In this document: positions 41,501-46,049 of the stretch, piece by piece
Position numbering within the stretch: position 1 is the stretch's first letter
How the letters are laid out: each line of letters starts with the position of its first letter
Assembly (NCBI GenBank): GCA_029259115.1
Contig: JAPDJO010000050.1
Location: 1-46,049 of the forward strand
DNA: 46,049 nucleotides
DNA from: Thermoplasmatota archaeon
GTDB lineage: Archaea > Thermoplasmatota > E2 > DHVEG-1 > B18-G2
Direction of reading: 5' to 3'
Notes under the pieces: model-generated
Told to the model about the DNA's origin: nothing
Database searches by the model: none
The model's input: only the letters and a program-made list of their open reading frames with translations
Program-made: the position numbers and the translations under genes

Positions 41501-43150
41501 ATGAGTAGAGACAAGTATGACAAGATTATTTCTCTAGCTAAAAGGAGAGGATTTCTCAATCCGTCTTTTGAAATATATGGAGGCGTAGCCGGGTTTTATA
41601 GCTATGGTCCCCTTGGTTCTGTGATGAAGAGAAATATAGAGAATCTATGGAGGAGATTCTACCTATTCAGAGAAGGTTTTATAGAGATAGATACTCCAAC
41701 AGTTACACCCTTTGAAGTTCTCAAGGCATCTGGGCATGTTGACGAGTTTACTGATCTTACAGCTATATGTGATTCCTGTGGAAGATACTTTAAAGCGGAA
41801 GATATAGAGAGAGATGGAAAATACATATGTCCTGTTTGTAACAAAGAGATCAAAAACCTGAGATACACAAACTTGATGTTCGAGACAAAGATAGGGATTG
41901 GAGATGAGAGGAAAGCATTTCTCAGACCAGAGACTGCGCAGGGAATATTTACAGAGTTTCATAATCTCTACAGATTTGTAAGAGAGAAGTTACCGTTTGG
42001 AGTTATACAGGTAGGGAGAGGATATAGAAACGAGATAGCTCCGAGACAGGGAGTGATAAGACTAAGAGAATTTTCCATGGCAGAGGCTGAGATATTTTTC
42101 GATCCAGATAACAAAAAGCATGATAGATTTGATGAGGTGAAGGATGAGAAAATCCCTCTACTTATTGGAGATAAAGTCAAGAGAGTAAGCATTGATAATG
42201 CTGTTAAAAATAAGATAGTAGGTAATGAAGCTCTAGCTTACTACATGCTTCTCACTTATAGATTTCTTATTGCTTGCGGAATTGATAAAGATAAGATTAG
42301 ATTCAGAAAACACGAGAAAGACGAGCTTGCTCACTATGCAAGAGAGTGCTGGGACGCTGAATTATATTCTGAGAGATTTGGTTGGATCGAGTGTGTTGGG
42401 ATAGCTGATAGGACAGCTTATGATTTAGAAAGCCATATAAAACATAGCGGGGCAGATCTTTACGCTATAAGGAGATTGGATTCCCCTAGGGAAGTGGAAA
42501 TAGAAAGGATAGAAGTGGATATGGGGAAACTTGGTCCAATGTTCAAAGAGAAAGCAAAGATTATCAAGGAGAAACTCGAAAGTCTGGATCTGTCTAATCT
42601 GGATCAGGATATAGAGATAGAAGTGGAAGGAGAAAAAATCAAGATACCAAGAGATTGCTACAGGATAAAAAAGGCCAAGGAGAAAATATCTGTAGAGAGA
42701 TTTATTCCTCACGTGATAGAACCATCTTACGGTATTGATAGGATTTTCTTCCACATACTAGAGCATAGCTACCTTGAAACCACGAAGAGTGGAGAGGAAT
42801 ACAGACTGCTGAAGTTGCCTTATCTCATAGCTCCAATAAAAGCTGGAGTTTTTCCTCTAGTATCTGACGAGAGACTGTGTAGGATAGCTAGAGATATACA
42901 TGATATGCTAATGAAAAATGGTATAGAGAGCTATTATGATGAGTCAGGGTCTATAGGAAGAAGATATGCAAGGATGGATGAGATAGGAACACCCTTCTGC
43001 ATAACTGTTGACTTCGATACATTAGAAGATGATTCTGTAACTATAAGATACAGAGATACAACAGAGCAGATAAGAATAGAGATTAAAAAAGTGGTTGATT
43101 TTTTCAAGGAAGAAGAATCAAAGGCTATTGATGGTTCTATCAATTACTGA
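41501..43150 (+). CDS. glyS: Glycine--tRNA ligase (alpha2 type)
   Basis: LAKRRGF, IYGG.AGFYSYGPLG, LRPETAQGIF, RNEIAPRQGVIRLREF, ELAHYA, VIEPSYGIDR, SIGRRYARMDEIGTPFCITVD. Confidence 0.96.
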   Translation: MSRDKYDKIISLAKRRGFLNPSFEIYGGVAGFYSYGPLGSVMKRNIENLWRRFYLFREGFIEIDTPTVTPFEVLKASGHVDEFTDLTAICDSCGRYFKAEDIERDGKYICPVCNKEIKNLRYTNLMFETKIGIGDERKAFLRPETAQGIFTEFHNLYRFVREKLPFGVIQVGRGYRNEIAPRQGVIRLREFSMAEAEIFFDPDNKKHDRFDEVKDEKIPLLIGDKVKRVSIDNAVKNKIVGNEALAYYMLLTYRFLIACGIDKDKIRFRKHEKDELAHYARECWDAELYSERFGWIECVGIADRTAYDLESHIKHSGADLYAIRRLDSPREVEIERIEVDMGKLGPMFKEKAKIIKEKLESLDLSNLDQDIEIEVEGEKIKIPRDCYRIKKAKEKISVERFIPHVIEPSYGIDRIFFHILEHSYLETTKSGEEYRLLKLPYLIAPIKAGVFPLVSDERLCRIARDIHDMLMKNGIESYYDESGSIGRRYARMDEIGTPFCITVDFDTLEDDSVTIRYRDTTEQIRIEIKKVVDFFKEEESKAIDGSINY

Positions 43151-44437
43151 TAGACCTTCGTTTATCTCCTCAGAGCTTATAGTCAGAGGAGGCCTGAATC
43201 TTATCCCTCTAGGACCACAAGGAAGAATTAGCAAACCATTGTCATAAAGCATTTTCTTTACCCTATCTCTTATTTCTGGAGAAGGAAGATCGAAGGCACA
43301 CATCAAACCTCTACCCCTGGAGTTGGATACCTTGTCTGGATACTTCTCCTCTATCTCTCTCAAACCCTTCAATAGAATCTCGCCCTGCTTCCTTGCATTG
43401 TCCACAAGTTTTTCTTCCTCTATAACCTCTAGGTACTTTTGACACCTAACCATATCTATGAGATTTCCTCCAAATGTTGAGTTTATCCTACTTGATACGG
43501 TGAAAACATTATCCTTGACCTCATCAACTCTGTTGCTGACCATGATTCCGCATACTTGGGTTTTCTTTCCAAAGCAGACTATGTCTGGGTTAAAATCGAA
43601 ATGTTGATATGCCCACATTTTTCCAGTTAGGCCCACTCCAGTTTGAACCTCGTCTAGAATATACATTATATCGTTCTCATCACATATCTTTCGAAGCTCT
43701 CTCAAGAATTCTCCTCTGAAGTGATTGTCTCCACCCTCTCCCTGTATGGGCTCAATTATGAGAGCAGCTATATCGTCTGGATTCTTTTCTATAGCATCGT
43801 AAATCTGCTGAATGGCAAGATTTTCTTTCTCTATAGTCTCTTTGAGGTTTTCATCCGTTAGCGGAAATTTCAGTTTTGGATTTATTATTCTTGGCCATTT
43901 AAATTTGGGGAAGTACATGGTCTTTCGAGGATCAAATGTGTTGGTCAGAGAAAGAGTATATCCTGATCTGCCATGAAAAGCCTCTTGAAAGTGTATGACT
44001 TGCTCTCCTTTTTCGCCTTTACCTTCAGCTATGTTTTTTCTTATCTTCCAGTCAAAAGCAGTCTTCAACGCATTTTCTACAGCAAGAGCGCCGCCTTCTA
44101 TGAAGAAAAGATGTTTAAAGTGATCTGGCATCGCTATTCTTGCAAAAGTCTCTACAAACTCTGCCATTTCTATGGTATAGACGTCTGAGTTTGTTGGTTT
44201 GTTTACAGCTACTTCGGCGAGTTTCTTGAGGAAATCAGGCTCGAGAAGTGCAGGGTGATTACAGCCTAGAGGAGATGATGCGAAAAATGAGAAAAAATCG
44301 ATGAACCATCTATCCCTCCTTGAGTCATATATCTTACAACCTTTACTTTTTCTCAGATCTAGAACGAGATCAAAACCATCCACGAGCATATATTTTGATA
44401 GAATCTTATGCACATCTTTGGGATCAATCTTGCTCAT
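43118..44437 (-). CDS. lat: L-lysine 6-transaminase (class III PLP aminotransferase)
   Basis: MLVDGFDLVLDL, FFASSPLG.NHP, NKP.NSDVY, GALAVENALK.AFDWK, AFHGRSGYTLSLTNT, DEVQTG, GKKTQVCG, SRINST.GGNL. Confidence 0.9.
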   Translation of the reverse strand: MSKIDPKDVHKILSKYMLVDGFDLVLDLRKSKGCKIYDSRRDRWFIDFFSFFASSPLGCNHPALLEPDFLKKLAEVAVNKPTNSDVYTIEMAEFVETFARIAMPDHFKHLFFIEGGALAVENALKTAFDWKIRKNIAEGKGEKGEQVIHFQEAFHGRSGYTLSLTNTFDPRKTMYFPKFKWPRIINPKLKFPLTDENLKETIEKENLAIQQIYDAIEKNPDDIAALIIEPIQGEGGDNHFRGEFLRELRKICDENDIMYILDEVQTGVGLTGKMWAYQHFDFNPDIVCFGKKTQVCGIMVSNRVDEVKDNVFTVSSRINSTFGGNLIDMVRCQKYLEVIEEEKLVDNARKQGEILLKGLREIEEKYPDKVSNSRGRGLMCAFDLPSPEIRDRVKKMLYDNGLLILPCGPRGIRFRPPLTISSEEINEGLSVIDRTINSL

Positions 44438-44611
44438 GGCAATCCCACTCGCCAGTATCTAGTGGAGGAATAAAATTGTATCGGTTTCTTGGATAAAATA
44501 TTAGAAAAGGGGTATTATATGATACTGACAAATAGCGTTTTGATTTTCGGATTCACATACCCATAATCAAGGAAGAGTTTTAAAAACTGATTTTCCTTTT
44601 CTACCCACATC

Positions 44612-46049
44612 ATGAGAATAGCTGTAGTTCTTAAAGATAGGTGTCAGCCAAAAAAATGCTCAATGGAATGCATAAAGTATTGCCCTAGAGTAAGAACGGG
44701 CGATGAAACAATAGTGATTGGAGAAGATGGAAAACCGATAATCTCTGAGGAGCTATGTGTAGGATGTGGAATATGCGTAAATAAATGCCCTTTTGATGCA
44801 ATAAAGATAGTTGGCTTACCAGAAGAATTGGAAACAGATTTGGTTCATCAGTATGGCAAGAATGGTTTCAGATTATTCAGATTGCCTGTTCCAAAAGAAG
44901 GTAGTTGTGTAGGCATACTTGGTCCAAACGCTATAGGGAAAACAACAGCTATAAACATACTATCAGGAAATCTTATACCGAATCTGGGTAACATTGAAGA
45001 AGAAACCTCTTGGGATAGAGTTCTTGACAGATTCAGAGGAACAGAGATCTACAATCATCTAAAAGATGTCGTAGATGGAAATGTTAGATCCGTAGTAAAG
45101 CCCCAATACATCGATGGAATCCCAAAGATCCTTAAGGGTAAAGTGAAAGATGTTCTTAGAAACTTGAATAATTCTGATAGATTTGATTTAGTTGTCAAAA
45201 AACTGGACATGGAGAACATGCTAGGTAAGGATGTAAAAAATCTCTCCGGTGGAGAGCTGCAGGTACTAGCTATTTCTGCTGCTATGATAAAAGATGCAGA
45301 TATATACTTCTTTGATGAGCCATCATCCTACCTTGATATTCATCAAAGATTAAAGGTTGCTAGAGTCATAATGGAGCTTTCCAAGGAGAAAAAAGTCATA
45401 GTGGTTGAACATGATCTTGCTATCTTAGATTTCATGTGTGACTCTGTTCATATACTATATGGAGAGGAAGGAGCTTATGGTATAGTTACCCATGCAAAGC
45501 CCGTTAGGTACGCGATAAATTCGTACATCTCAGGATATCTTAAAGAAGAGAATATTAGATTTTCCGAGCCAATAGAATTTCACGAACACCCTCCAAAAGA
45601 GAGACTAGATCTTCCCTTGCTTATAACGTTTGAAAAGCTTGTAAAGAGATTTAGTGACTTCGAGCTGAGAGTAGAAACCGGGGCCATAAGATCTGGCGAA
45701 GTTATAGGTGTAGTAGGTCCAAACGCTATAGGAAAAACAACTTTTGTTAAGATGCTTGCTGGAGTGATAAAGCCAGACGAGGGTAAGGTAGACAGAGAGG
45801 TGAAGGTTAGTTACAAGCCCCAATATCTATCAGCTGAGTCTGACGATCTTGTCAGAGATATTCTTTTTAAGTCTGCAGAGAAGTTGTTTACATCTACATT
45901 CCACAAGGTAGAGATATTCGATGCTCTAGATATAAGAAATCTCATGGAAAAGCCCCTATCCTCTCTATCTGGAGGAGAGCTTCAAAGATTGGCAATAGCC
46001 ATATGCTTATCTAAAGATGCAGACCTCTATCTCCTAGATGAACCCTCAG
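44612..46049 (+). CDS. rli: ABCE1/RLI ribosome recycling ATPase, 3'-truncated by the window edge
   Basis: Not in the ORF track because it runs off the end. Reads MRIAVVLKDRCQPKKC..EC...CP and CVGCGICVNKCP (two [4Fe-4S] clusters), GPNAIGKTT twice, LSGGELQ twice, DEPS. Confidence 0.95.
   Translation, partial: MRIAVVLKDRCQPKKCSMECIKYCPRVRTGDETIVIGEDGKPIISEELCVGCGICVNKCPFDAIKIVGLPEELETDLVHQYGKNGFRLFRLPVPKEGSCVGILGPNAIGKTTAINILSGNLIPNLGNIEEETSWDRVLDRFRGTEIYNHLKDVVDGNVRSVVKPQYIDGIPKILKGKVKDVLRNLNNSDRFDLVVKKLDMENMLGKDVKNLSGGELQVLAISAAMIKDADIYFFDEPSSYLDIHQRLKVARVIMELSKEKKVIVVEHDLAILDFMCDSVHILYGEEGAYGIVTHAKPVRYAINSYISGYLKEENIRFSEPIEFHEHPPKERLDLPLLITFEKLVKRFSDFELRVETGAIRSGEVIGVVGPNAIGKTTFVKMLAGVIKPDEGKVDREVKVSYKPQYLSAESDDLVRDILFKSAEKLFTSTFHKVEIFDALDIRNLMEKPLSSLSGGELQRLAIAICLSKDADLYLLDEPS

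Overview
Archaeal chromosomal DNA (rpS8e, SRP19, CTP-dependent RibK, ABCE1, PGF-CTERM protein, class III signal peptides). Gene content and the AGA/ATA codon bias suggest an uncultured, probably thermophilic Thermoplasmatota lineage; this is inference. 1-16.2 kb is a type IV pilus-like operon: the C-terminus of an assembly ATPase, two TadC-like platform proteins and five class III signal-peptide (pilin-like) genes. Three of these are greatly enlarged by nested, Russian-doll insertions of LamG, FN3, DUF2341, CARDB, Ig and B-repeat modules. Two carry three Hint self-processing domains that cannot splice canonically: two end HN/G and HN/A, and one has lost the His-Asn. This self-processing minor-pilin system is the main candidate for an undescribed system. 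16.2-25 kb holds a lipoprotein, a secreted caspase-family protease, rps8e, srp19 and a large surface protein. 25.1-26.7 kb holds a short serine recombinase beside a 0.7 kb non-coding region with several palindromes and 26-bp inverted repeats. 26.7-46 kb is mostly housekeeping, including a PolX-LigA-XPF repair cluster, a divergent type II GAPDH-like protein and a bacterial-type lysine 6-transaminase. No rRNA, tRNA or CRISPR array was seen. All domain calls come from motif recognition by eye; no searches were run.
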